This document shows, piece after piece, positions 25,979-38,299 of a stretch of 64,000 nt of DNA. Positions within the stretch are counted from its first letter, which is position 1, and the number at the start of each line of letters is the position of its first letter. The notes under the pieces are model-generated. The model saw only the letters and a program-made list of their open reading frames with translations, was not told the origin of the DNA and ran no database searches. Both the position numbers and the translations under genes were made by a program. The DNA lies in the NCBI GenBank assembly GCA_002269645.1, contig NIVC01000215.1, positions 496,001-560,000 on the forward strand. Reading direction: 5' to 3'. The stretch comes from Macrostomum lignano. Taxonomy: Eukaryota.

Positions 25979-26768
25979 CCATTTCTGTGCTTTATGTAAG
26001 TCTCTCTAATTCATATTTTTCTGTAAATAGAGCGTTAGTTTAAAAAAGATAATAAATCTAGAAAGAAAGAAATAATATATACTATATATTAGGCTATAGT
26101 TTTAGACTTATAGCCTATAGACTTTTGCTCCTTATCCATCTACAAGTCGCTTCTTCTATTGACAGAGTGTTCAGGATTGCTTAAGCTGCGAGCGCTGCGA
26201 TCCCGTCCAGCAAGTCTAGCGACCTGACCGAAGCCGCTGTCTCAATAAACTCTAACTACATGTTTTTTATCTATCAATCCTGTAAGCATTTCTACGTAGG
26301 TTATTTTCTGTATGTTATTTGTGTCTGGCTATTAAGGTAGCTAGCTACTACTGCATTTGAATTGACCATGCTCCATGCATCTTCTATTCACAAATACTCC
26401 AGGTTTAAACTTGCTGGGTTGTTTGCTCCACGTTTCAAAAGAAAAAATTACGAAAAGAAAAAGCTATAGTTTCGTATAGCATATGCAAATGCAGCATAGC
26501 TAGTCGGTGCATTGCCTTTTCCTCAACCCGCATCCCTTCCCACAGTTTGCCAGGCCCCAGCTTGAGGAAAAATCCCACTCAGAATTTGGTTGCAAGTCCA
26601 GATTGACTAGGATATTTCAAGAGACTGCGCATTGCCAGAGCTTGCCTGGCTGACGCCCGCGGCAGCTATAAACACAGACCATATAGAATATAGACTGCAA
26701 ATCTCGGGGGCTTGCCCAGGTGCATTGTGGGACAAAAAAGCAACACAAAAAATGGTCCTTCCACAAAG

Positions 26769-27922
26769 CCCCAACTTCGATCGATATGTGGGACAAAAAA
26801 TGGGCAAGTGCAAGTTTTCAAGCTTGAAATTTACTTATTATAAAGAGTTTAAAACCCCAAAGGCAAAATAAATGTAAATTAGATTTGAATTGAATTGATT
26901 GAATTGAATTGATTGAATTGAATTGAATTTAAATTGAATTGAATTGAAATTGAATTTGATTTGAATTAGAATTTCCTTGCAAAAATATCCAGCAAAAAAC
27001 CAATTAAAGCATTCTTATCTATGCAGCCTCAGCCAGCTTCTATAGTGTATCAAAAAGGAGAAAAGCGCCAGAAAATGTGGCAACTATTGCTGTGCTCAGG
27101 GAGCTGAACAAGAAGCACCAGCGACTAAGGGCGTGGTCAAAGTCACTGACAGAAATTGTGAAGTGCTGTAGGCAAAGAATATTGTGGATGAAGCTGCAGC
27201 ATCCCGTCTGCAGGTTCTGTCATCAAATTCATTGTTGAGCTGTCTCTTGCCAACTAAAAACAAGAGGATAAAAATTTCCTCCTGAAGTTCGGCGATTTGC
27301 TTCCACATTGCACTATTACAGTCATAAGGCATACGAATACATGAGAAAGTTTTTCCAGCTTCCGCGCATCCATCTTCTTTACGGAAATGGATCTCAAGTG
27401 TGTACGATGCCTTCCAGGATTCTGCGTCCAAGCATTCCAAGAACTATATGTAGTCTGCTGAACACCGAAACGATTATTCGCCGCTCCAGCTTTGATAGCT
27501 GCTTTTCAAGCTCAATCGCTGTTCAAGAGACTTTGAATTTGAATTTCACTTTGAATTTCAACCGCTATTCTCTGAATTAGATTCGCATTCAGCAGCTGTT
27601 AGCACAGGTATTGAGTCAAGAAAGTTATGAGCATTTTTTACATCAGAATTCGCATGAAGAAAATTGCGAAAGACATGTCGCGCTTATTAAGAAAGGCAGG
27701 AAGGAGACAGAAGCTGCTGCACACAGCAATTCTTCTTAATCTGAAAGCTTGGACTTTGAAGGACATTTTGGGGTAATTTAATTTAATTTCATTACTTTTA
27801 TGTATTTGGTTTTCGTGGCGTTTTATGTAAAAAGAAGAAAAAATGTATCTCAATTGCATGTGTCCAATAGGAGCACAATGGAAAAGAGGCCCGCCCTGTA
27901 CCACATATCGATCGAGCTGGGG
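26769..27922 (+). mobile_element. Internally deleted P-element/THAP9-like remnant bounded by ~27-bp inverted repeats
   Basis: N-terminal P-type motifs FPPEVRRFASTLHYYSHKAYEYMRKFFQLP / PSSLRKWISS / CLPGFC (27275-27455, frameshifted). C-terminal-like YIRIRMKKIAK..RQKLLHTAILL at ~27640-27740. Inverted repeats at 26769-26795 and 27897-27922. No TSD found. Confidence 0.7.
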
Positions 27923-29002
27923 TAGGTGAGGGACCAGTTTCTTATGGGGGAAAATGGCCCACTTTTTTCTTCACTTTACTGGTCTATATTCTATATGGTC
28001 TGTGGCTATAAACCAAAAAATGCGGGTCCGCCGCTCAGGTCACGATATAATCAGTCAAAGAAATCTTGAACTAGAAAAAACTTATATATTTAGATCTCCT
28101 TGAATCAGTCTCCCGCTCTCCATATATCATATTTGGAACAAAGACCTACAACTCTTCAGTTTATAAGGCAAAGAACTCCCAGAAGCTTTAGGACCAGATG
28201 GCCTGTAGCACAAACAGCGCTAACGAAAATGAGAATTATATTTTTATACACAAATGTATGCAGATTTGCTGTGCTAAAAAAGTCTCATTGATGTGATGTA
28301 TCGATGTTGCTTTCAAAATAGCTGTCTATATGGGGAAAAGAAATAGAATGAGTGAACAAGAGTGAGTGAGTAAGTGAGTTTGTTTCGCTTTGTTGAATCG
28401 CTGCCTCATTTCTACTACACAACAGACATGGCGTACCTATTTGACTATTGAATCCATTCGATCCATGCGTAAATATATAGATATGTTTCCACAAACTTCT
28501 TTATTTAGAAGTGATTTATTGCCTTTGTGGGCCAGGCCAGAAACGTTACAGTGTGGAGTCTGGCTCCCAAAATAACGAATATAAGCCTTGTCAATGTCCA
28601 GGGTTCGCAGTGACTGTGCACTGGGAGTGTTCGCTGTGTTTCTTACTAGCCCCCGAAATCTGCTACTGAGTCATTGTTCATTTGAAGAAATTTAGCTTGC
28701 TTTGTTTGTGCTTTTGCTTATCTTATTTTACTTTTTGTACGCTTCAAATAAATATACAAAAACTCGGTGAAACCAAATCAGGTACATCTAAATTGAATGA
28801 GAGTAGCTACTAAGGCTTTTGATGGACATATGAAGCAATTTAAATGTGACAAATATAATGTCCTAATGCAAATCAGTACAATTTTCAGATGACATGTTTT
28901 AGTTTAGTTCATGGTTTGCATTGTGATTTTAGTTCTATCTATCTGTCTATTTTCTGTCCGTCTTTCTATAGATTTTTATCTGCGGGGTTTACTGCTGCTA
29001 CA

Positions 29003-29918
29003 CAGGGGTAGAGAGAGAACAGCGAGAACAGAGTGAACAGAGTGAGAGAGACCAGAGTGAGAGAGAACAGAGTAAGAGTGAACAGAGTGAGAGAGAACAG
29101 CGAGAACAGAGTGAACAGAGTGAGAGAGACCAGAGTGAGAGTGAACAGAGTGAGAGAGACCAGAGTGAGAGAGAACAGAGTGAGAGAGAACAGAGTGAGA
29201 GAGAACAGCGAGAACAGAGTGAACAGAGTGAGTGAGACCAGAGTGAGAGAGAACAGAGTGAGTGAGACCAGAGTGAGAGAGAACAGCGAGAACAGAGTGA
29301 ACAGAGTGAGAGAGACCAGAGTGAGAGAGAACAGCGAGAACAGAGTGAACAGAGTGAGAGAGAACAGAGTGAGAGAGAACAGCGAGAACAGAGTGAACAG
29401 AGTGAGAGAGACCAGAGTGAGAGAGAACAGAGTGAGAGAGAACAGAGTGAGAGAGAACAGAGTGAGAGAGAACAGAGTGAGAGAGAACAGCAAGAACAGA
29501 GTGAACAGAGTGAGAGAGACCAGAGTGAGAGAGAACAGCGAGAACAGAGTGAACAGAGTGAGAGAGACCAGAGTGAGAGAGAACAGAGTGAGAGAGAACA
29601 GAGTGAGAGAGAACAGAGTGAGAGAGAACAGAGTAAGAGAGAACAGAGTGAGAGAGAACAGAGTGAGAGAGAACAGAGTGAGAGAGAACAGAGTGAGAGA
29701 ACGGAGAGAAGGGAAAGAGAAAGGATCACAGAGAGGGGCTGAGCCCACCCACCCAAACAGTTCTTACTCTTCCTGGACTGTCTGTGTGCCTGGGACACTT
29801 GACGTGGACAGTCCTTGACGGGCTGGCTTGTACATAGAAGTTGCAAAGGGCCTGGGGGCTGGATCTAGAGGCCTTGCGGGCTGCATCTGGACCGCGGGCC
29901 GGAGTTTGCCGACCCCTT
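29003..29918. mobile_element. hAT-type MITE carrying a GAGAGAACAGAGTGA-type satellite
   Basis: Begins CAGGGG and ends ggcc-ggagtttgccgacccctt. Flanks ctgctaca and gtgctaca match at 7 of 8 bases (TSD). Satellite spans 29011-29701. Confidence 0.65.
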
Positions 29919-32914
29919 GTGCTACAACTATATATGTATGCCCTATTATATGTATACAAATTTACTTGTTCAATTTTGACTTAAAAAGTCGAAAGTCAAG
30001 TCAATATGACTTGGAAAGTCCAATTTTCGGCACTCACCTTAATCGAATGAATAAACAATTAGCAGTAGCTAGCTACCCGAAAGTAGCTAACACCTACATA
30101 GCTCAAATATAGCTTAATTGCAAATACACAACAATTGCAAACTTGTTAGTTACTCTCAACTTATAAGCTGGAGAAATACACACGCTTAAAAATAAATATT
30201 TTTCTGTACCTGAAAATCGATGTCTGAAGCACATCTTTTTATCCTACTACCAGTGGCATAGGACGAGTTAACATAAGTTTGCTTAAAAAAGAGCAATTGA
30301 AAAATTGTATCGCGTTTGTAGGGAATTTTACACTTCATTTAAACAAAAAATTATTCAAATGAAAAGTGGAAGATACTATTTTACGTTACAAATCACATTT
30401 CCTTCATGAAACGCCACTAAAAACATAATAAAACAAGGTTAAATCAGCAATGCGCCACACCGGCACCCGAGCGTACAAAGGTGGGGATAGGAAAATCGAG
30501 CCGCGCCCGGGGCGACACCTGCGTGCATGCCGCCCAGATCCTATGCCCCAAAAATCTGCCCCACTGGGCTATAGCCATATGGACATAGACCCCAATATTA
30601 CCATATTCCCATAATTCCCATAGCTATAGCTATAGGGGCCTAGCCCATAGTTTTAACAAAAAGTCTAGGAAATAAAGTAGTTTAAATCAGGAGCTAGGTC
30701 TTTTTGCCTGAGACAAAGTACAAAATCACACCCTATGGTATGCCTAATTTCAAGGTACAATTTTTAGACTTAAAGTGTAATTTCTCCTCTTTCTTATATT
30801 AAAGCAATGCAAATAAGGCTTAAGAAGAAAAAAGTTATGAGACTATACGTAAACTGCATTGTACCCACTTTTTCAATTTCAAGGTCCAATTAAATAATTT
30901 AAAGTGCATATGCATACTCTGTGCAAAAAAACCTAGATTAGAAAGATAACTTGGTATTTAAACAATTACAAATAAAGGTAGAAACTCAAACTAATACTCA
31001 ATTCACAATTGCCTTTTGTAAGATTATATTTCAATCTATCTATTACTGAAAATACCACTATTGAACTTTTTAACAGTTAGTGAATACAAAATTAGTGAAT
31101 ATTTTTAAATGAAAATGTAGAACTTATTTTTGTTTTTAATAATATACCTAATGAAGTATTTGTACTTTTGTTGGTCTGGAGATGGCCTAGTTTGTCTTGG
31201 AATCCTACCATTGCCACCAGTATTTGTACTTTTGTTGTTACCTTGCAGGTGTTCTTGCAGGTCTCCAGTAGAATCGCTGCCATTCTGACATTCTCAGGTT
31301 ATCTCAGGTAGCTAGGCAGATCTCCTAATGCTTGGCAGTGAGCTCTAGCTGGTGATTTCTTAGAATTGATACTCATAGTGTAGGTAGTGCTGCCACTAGC
31401 TTTGCAGAGTTGCAGCCTTCAGTGAGGTGCTGATCTCGTAGAAGCAAATAACTAAGACAAGAGAAAATCTAGCACTTTGTGCCAGTTTAGCAGTTTTCAA
31501 GCAGAAGTGTCCATAGTCAACAGTCCCTGCCAGGCTGGTGCAGGGATAGAGCGATGGTGCTAGCTTTGGGCAGTCTAAGCTGTCCTGCTAATAGATAGCA
31601 GTAACAATGAGAAGCAGGCACACTCAAAGTCAGGTAGATGAGAGTTCCTACTTTAGCACAAACTTAGAGACTTGGGCTGAGAGTGCAAAAGAAAAGGGTG
31701 CAAGGAAAGGAAAGGTGGCATGGAAAGGCTTGTCTGAACCAAGCCATGAGAGGGGCCGCATTTATAGGGAAAATCAATTGTACCATTCAACAAAAGACCC
31801 CCACTGAGAGTCATGTCTGACTCTGGTGCTATTTTTAGCAACAAGCAAGTGGGTTTTGCCTCAGAGGAGGCAGGGGTTCTAGGGCACATGATTTCCCATA
31901 AACACAAGCCCAGCGCACAATGATGAAATCATTGCACTTTGGACTGAAAATAAGAGGGCCCATCATATGACTAGCTCATATGACAAGGGGAAAAGGCCCA
32001 CAAGTGAAGTCACTCGTGCCCTCGAGACCAGAAAACTGGAAGGCACTCCAAATTGGAAGTGCCAAATAGAAAACAAAACAGGCAGGCCAGACCAAGTTGT
32101 CTGGGCACTGCTAAACGGGAGCATGAGACAAAAGAGGCAAGTGAGGACAAACAGACAGACAGACAAATGGGCAAGGGACAGGCCAGAGGATAGGCAAGAA
32201 GGGACAGGCAACTGCCCAGCGGCAGACAGAAGCCCAGGGCAAGAGCAAGAGTAACAGCTGACTAGTGTGGCATCTAAATAAACTAGCAACTCACTATCCT
32301 AATATTGGTGCCAATAATGTCATTGCCAAAGGGGAAAATGATGTAAATATTAGGAGAGAACAAGAAAAAAGTGACAAGGAAGTAATTACTTATTACTTTG
32401 TATAGTATTGTATTGATTATTCGTTCAAGCAAGCAAAATAATAAAATAGAGACAATATGATCAATTCTATAATCAGAGAAAAAAAGCTAAACCAATTGAC
32501 AATATATACATAAGAAGGCTGGATAGAGATTTGTATGGCTTTAAAAAAGCTTAAAGTGATATATAAAATGTGTGTGCTATAGTTAGCTTTTGTACTATCA
32601 TGATTATTTAATAACATGACTAAAGTTAGCCAATGTATATTAGAAGTATACTTGGCTTTTACCTCCTTCTTAACATTTATGTAGCCTACTAAGCCCTGGT
32701 CTAGGCTATAGTATAATTAGTATAGGATTATCTAGAGTACTATAAATAGCATAGAGCTAGCTAGGGAGGCTAACCTATTCAGGATGGGTAGTCTACTATC
32801 ACTGCTAGACAGTAAGGTTTCTGTGAGCCAGAGTAGGGGTTTTGCTAGCCAGAGTTTGTTAACCTTGTCCTAGGAAAAATTGTTGGTAATAAAATTGAAA
32901 CTTATCTCCTAGAT

Positions 32915-33225
32915 CAGGGGTCAGCAAACTTTTTACTTCAAGGGCCAGATACAAAACCTAGCACATGACTGCAAGTCAGCAAAAGAAATTCAAAAGAGAA
33001 ATAGGAGAAAGGAGAGGTGAGAGAATAAAGGACAAGAGAAGAGAGAAGAGGAGAGAATAGGAGATGAGATGAGATAGAGAGGTGAGAGAAGATATCTGAG
33101 AAGAGAAGGGACACAATCCTTGAGTGGATTGCATTGCTATTGTGAAGTTTCAAAGGACCCAAGGGCCGGATAGAGAGGCTTTGCAGGCTACATGTGGCCC
33201 ACAGGCTGGAGTTTGCCAACCCCTG
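32915..33225. mobile_element. hAT-type MITE
   Basis: Termini CAGGGGTCAGCAAAC and GTTTGCCAACCCCTG; perfect 8-bp TSD TCCTAGAT at 32907-14 and 33226-33. Contains an AG-rich tract. Confidence 0.88.
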
Positions 33226-33618
33226 TCCTAGATAATGGCATTCTATGAAATTGCTAAATAACCTCAACTATTAGAAAATTATAAATATATGGACAACTCA
33301 TTTTTAGTATATAGGAAGTATGAAATAAATAATAGATAATAAAATTCCTTAGTATGTTTATTGGATGACTTATATATTTGACTTGATTGAAGTTGAGTTG
33401 ATTTATTATGAATACAAAATTACTATTTTTGGTATACTCTACTTACAGTAAAACAGTACAGACGATAAAGTGTTGCATTTATAAAGTAAATGGCAAATTA
33501 GCTTGTACCAACTACTCAGTTATAATAGAAATATTTGAAGATACTTAATATTAGTTTGTTTTCCAATTAGTCACGCCACAGCATATTGCATCTGCAGCTC
33601 GCATGATAAGCTGATCAA

Positions 33619-34086
33619 ATGTCCTCTCCTGCTAAGCGCCGACTAATTCGCGACTTCAAGCGCCTTCAAGAGGACCCACCAGCTGGGGTATCCGGAGCGC
33701 CCAATGATAATAATATCCTATCGTGGAATTGTGTCATATTTGGTCCGCAGGACACGCCATTCGAAGATGGCACCTTTCAGTTATCGATGGAATTCTCCGA
33801 AGAATATCCCAATAAGCCTCCGGTAGTTCGATTTTTATCAAAAATGTTCCATCCCAATGTCTACGCCGATGGTAGTATCTGTTTGGATATTCTACAGACT
33901 AAATGGAGTCCAACATACGATGTGTCAGCTATTCTCACCTCTATCCAGTCTCTGCTAGACGAGCCAAATCCAAACTCCCCAGCCAACAGTGTTGCAGCTG
34001 GTCTATATCAGGAGAACAAACGCGAGTACGAGAAACGCGTGAAAGCTATTGTCGAAGAGAGTTGGTCAGCGGCTGATCATTCTTGA
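33619..34086 (+). CDS. UBE2A: Ubiquitin-conjugating enzyme E2, RAD6/UBE2A-B ortholog, intronless, 155 aa
   Basis: [37 protein letters not shown] (catalytic Cys), [16 protein letters not shown]; AATAAA downstream. Confidence 0.96.
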   Translation: MSSPAKRRLIRDFKRLQEDPPAGVSGAPNDNNILSWNCVIFGPQDTPFEDGTFQLSMEFSEEYPNKPPVVRFLSKMFHPNVYADGSICLDILQTKWSPTYDVSAILTSIQSLLDEPNPNSPANSVAAGLYQENKREYEKRVKAIVEESWSAADHS

Positions 34087-35911
34087 TTTTTTTCAAATAA
34101 AGACATTTGTTTTTCTTTGCTTGCTACTTATTTTATTAGTAGTATCAGTAGAATTTATTTTTTAAATCTGTATGTGTTAGTTAAAAAATGGTTAAGATTT
34201 TACGTTTAATAAAAGCTTTCTATTGTGTTCGTAAAGTAGCCACTGGTATGTGAAAAAGTACGAACGTAACTTTTCGACTGGAATACTAAAGACCGATGAC
34301 TGAGTCTTATCCAAAATTTGTACATTATGCTTTTATTATACCTTTACATTGATCCAAAAGGCACTAGCACATTTGCCACTTGAAAGAATTTAGTTTTATT
34401 GTCTTTAGGCTTTCTACATTATATATATATTTGCTATAACTAATGTAATAAAGTTTTTTGTCTATAGATTGTGTATATTTCTGTAATTTATAATTTGATG
34501 CGAGCGTATTGACTTTGAAAAGAATTATTTTAACCCATACTGTACTGTTTAAAATTTTATGTATGAACATTTTATCTTTTTTTTCTTTTTCAGCCTATAA
34601 CTTTGTTCTCTAGCTAGGGTACTTTGTTATTGTATTACTATTGTAGTTATTGTTATTGTTTTGCTGTTTTGCGTTTTCACTCTAGATTCTTATATATGTC
34701 TGCTGTAAGTCAATTAAGTATCAAAATATAGTCTTAGATTATTATTTTATGTCAGATAGTAGGTGTATTTAAAATTCAATTAAAAATTAAAAAAATAATA
34801 CTGGAGTATAATCTTTTATTGTTCGTAATATGCACCAAGACAGAAATACAATTATCCATTAGTTAATTGTTTTAGTGACAATTCACTCTATAGATTAATA
34901 CACTCGTTGTTAATGCTTGTTTTAATTGTGTTATTTATTTTTATTATTTACTAAGATTCAAACAGATTTAGAAACAAATCAGGAGTGCACCTAGCTTAAA
35001 TCTCGTCATTTCTATTTACTAGCTAGTGTTCGATAAGTTAGCAAAAAGAAATTATTTTAAATCCGATACAGGCTTGCTTGCTTTTCTTGTTTTCTGGCCG
35101 TACTTTTTTAGCATATTGTACATTCTGATTTTCTTATCTGAAGCTTTGACTTTGGCAATGATTTGCGTATTAGTTTTTTATCTAAGTCATTCGGTCCATT
35201 TGCTGTCTGTTTGTGTTAGATACGGCTGTTGTGTCAGTTACATTTTGTGTTTGTATATATGTGTGTGCAAGTTTTTAAATTTCTGCCTATGAAACCAATT
35301 TGTTTCTCACCGCATGCTCTGTGCTTTCGTTGTGCCAACAACCCTCTCTGGTCGACTGAGGATAAACTGAAGCCTGGGTGAGTGCAATGCAAACTTCTTT
35401 AGTATATATATTTTTTATATTGTTGGTTCTTACTTATGAGTCATTACTATACACAGGATATTAAGCTGTTGAGTTAGTTCAGCTAATCACGATTTTTTTG
35501 CTTAATTACGAGCTAAATTCTCCTCGTGTTGCGGAAATACTTTTTTTATTAATAAATAGAAACCTATTTGATTTCCAGGCATAAATTGCTAATATAAAAT
35601 CTGGACACAGCAAAGTATTCATGAAAATATTAGTTTTGCTGCCATGGATATTGTTTTTCTGTAGTTCCAACTCAAACTCAAACTTAGCTCCCACAATGTT
35701 TAATTATCTGTCTGACAGCGCGTCAAATTCAGTGTTTGCTGGAAACATAATATCTATCTAGCAACTTTTATGATTGCCAGAAAAAATGCGTCTTATCTTT
35801 GCATGTGTTTCCATTTTTAGACTCTACTCTAGCTCTGAAGACACCACACTTTTCCGACGCACTACTATTCTGCCTAGTTGTCAGTAGTATCAATCGGTTA
35901 AAAAAATCAAA

Positions 35912-37901
35912 ATGCCTTCCTTTGCCACTATATTTGTTGTCGCTTTGAGCCTGGCGGGCTGTGTTGTATTGACTTCTGCCTGTCCAGAAGCCCAAGGTTG
36001 GTATCGAGCGAGCACAACTAAGCTGTGCTACAAATGTCTGAGGGATGAAAAATTAAACTTTGCTGCAGCCCAGCGCAGGTGCAACAGTCTGCGCAGCAAT
36101 CTGCTTCAATTTCAACCTGGCGACAGTAAAGCTATCTTCGACGATTTGAAGTCGGAATTTTATAGGACTAGAAATACGTCGGAGTTCAGAGAGATGGCTT
36201 GGGTCGGACTAACCGACATTACATCAGTTGGGCAGTACGTCTTTTTGAACGGTTTCCAACTGAATCAGATTGCGTAAGTTTGATATTATGGCACAATAAA
36301 GTACATTGGGTTTTGCAAGGACTACTATGTAGAAGGAAGGGAAGCTACGTTTCTTGGCAAACTTTAGGAGGCAGGTTTTACTGAAAAAATACATTACGGA
36401 CATAGTAGGTATTTTCAGCAAAAAATTAGCTAAGAAAGATAAAATATGTTCATAAAGCCAACAAATCGAGCTGTGCCTTTTTTAAACCTATTTTTATGAT
36501 TTTTAGGCACAGAAAAATGAAGACCTTCCTTCGTAATGTATTTTTCGGTTAAACCTGCCTCATGAACCCTAGTTGTCCTTGGGGTTTGATTCGTACACGG
36601 ATATTGGTCTGAGGGTAATGAGGGTGAATCCCCAAAACAAACAAAGGCTTATGCATCGAACGAAAAAATTGCCACGTTTAAGAATCACGAATAAAGAAAG
36701 CAGTTAGGAGTCGATCCAGCCACTTTATTTGTCCAGTGGTGCTTTGGAAACGTTCAGCGAAAGTGGTTTGAGGAAGCTCCCTGATGAATGGATCCGATGC
36801 AAGTTATTTAGAAAGTGACGTTTTGTCCGTTCTTTAGGACTGTTTTAGAAGTGACGTTTCGTCCGTTCTTTAGGACTGTTTTAGAAGTGACGTTTTGTCC
36901 GTTCTTTAGGACTGTTTTAGAAGTGACGTTTCGTCCGTTCTTTAGGACTGTTTTAGAAGTGACGTTTTGTCCGTTCTTTAGGACTGTTTTAGAAGTGACG
37001 TTTTGTCCGTTCTTTAGGATTGTTTTAGAAGTGACGTTTCGTCCGTTCATTAGTACTGTTTTAGAAGTGACGTTTCGTCCGTTCATTAGTACTGTTTTAG
37101 AAGTGACGTTTCGTCCGTTCATTAGTACTGTTTTAGAAGTGACGTTTCGTCCGTTCATTAGTACTGTTTTAGAAGTGACGTTTCGTCCGTTCATTAGGAT
37201 TGTTTTAGAAGTGACGTTTCGTCCGTTCTTTAGGATTGTTTTAGAAGTGACGTTTCGTCCGTTCATTAGTACTGTTTTAGAAGTGACGTTTCGTCCGTTC
37301 TCTAAGACTCTGTTTTAGAAGTGACGTTTTGTCCGTTCTTTAGGACTGTTTTAGAAGTGACGTTTCGTCCGTGTTCTAACATTGTTAGGACTTGTGGTTT
37401 AGAGTTCAACATGTTTTAGATTTTCGCGACATCATATGTGTGCTTGTACTCTCTCTCGAGAGAGAGTCAATGTTACCTTTATGTTTTTGAAGTGGTCCGG
37501 TCGACTAACCGTATCTAGACCAATAAATTTCACTATTAGCTGTCCTTACGTAACTTAACTTCTGTGGTTAGAATCTAATTAAATACAAATGAAAACTAAG
37601 CGTTTTTTTAAACCACTGCCACAACTGCAGGCCAGACACGCTAATCTCGTGTCCAAGCTCGGTGCCAAATTGCAAACCAAGTTACCGTTGCGTCTATTTC
37701 AATCTAGAAAATGTTGGCAGCAGCAATCGCCAGATATTCAACGGCCACTGTGAGAACACCCTGCTGCCGCCCATCTGTTACGCTCCGGAGGGTGGAACTG
37801 ATAAATTCGACCAGATCCCGATGGGCTCGGCAACTGTCAACGGATTAGTCAGTCTGACTGTTGCGGGCCTGGTTTCCAGTTTGATGGCTAAGCTGCTGTA
37901 A
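35912..37901 (+). CDS. Secreted, probably GPI-anchored C-type lectin-domain protein, 210 aa
   Basis: Exons 35912-36273 (gc|gtaagt) and 37631-37901, total 633 nt. Signal peptide, CY..NF..A...C, WVGLTD, C..F..C..C pattern and hydrophobic C-terminus. Confidence 0.82.
36368..36561. mobile_element. MITE-like fold-back element in the lectin intron
   Basis: About 30-bp inverted repeats: gaggcaggttttactgaaaaaatacattacg versus the reverse complement of 36532-36561. No clear TSD. Confidence 0.45.
36807..37372. repeat. 36-bp minisatellite in the lectin intron
   Basis: Unit ttttagaagtgacgtttcgtccgttctttaggactg, about 15 copies. Confidence 0.93.
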
Positions 37902-38299
37902 TAGCAATCGAATCTAACTTTTGACAAAACTGGTTCTAATACAGTTTTGGTTCTGGTTTTAATACAGTACTTACTTGGTAATTATAACAGCAATTGTTAA
38001 AACGTTACAGTCGTATTTATCCAGAACAATATAATTTCAATATAAAATAGAACTGGAAAAGCCTAAGTGCCGCGTTTTTTTCTGATTGGACATCGAAACA
38101 ATTAGCTTTTTTATTTATTTAGTCTTGTTTAAAATTCTCCAAGATATCGTGTTCTGTCGATGCATCGAATGGGTTACGAAAAAAATAGTAGCTTAGTCCT
38201 AAATGTGTCAAATGACTATTTCTAGTTTCTAGATTTATTGCTAGTAAAATATTATTTTATTTAATAAATCCAAAAACGTGATATGAAAGCTGCTGTTTT

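Larger units (their letters stand above)
20667..30568. mobile_element. CMC-superfamily (EnSpm/CACTA-Mirage-like) DNA transposon, ~9.9 kb, decaying
   Basis: CCCAGTGGGG at 20667-20676 and its reverse complement CCCCACTGGG at 30559-30568, each flanked by CT (candidate 2-bp TSD). GC-rich subterminal motif ccagatccta(c/t)gccc occurs near both ends. Encloses the transposase and accessory gene. Boundaries are less certain than the gene content. Confidence 0.6.

Noticed and set aside
31800-31960. Gypsy-like RT remnant (GFASEEAGVLGHMIS)
   Set aside because: One short motif amid stops, with no LTRs or other domains; too weak to call, though the region looks TE-derived.
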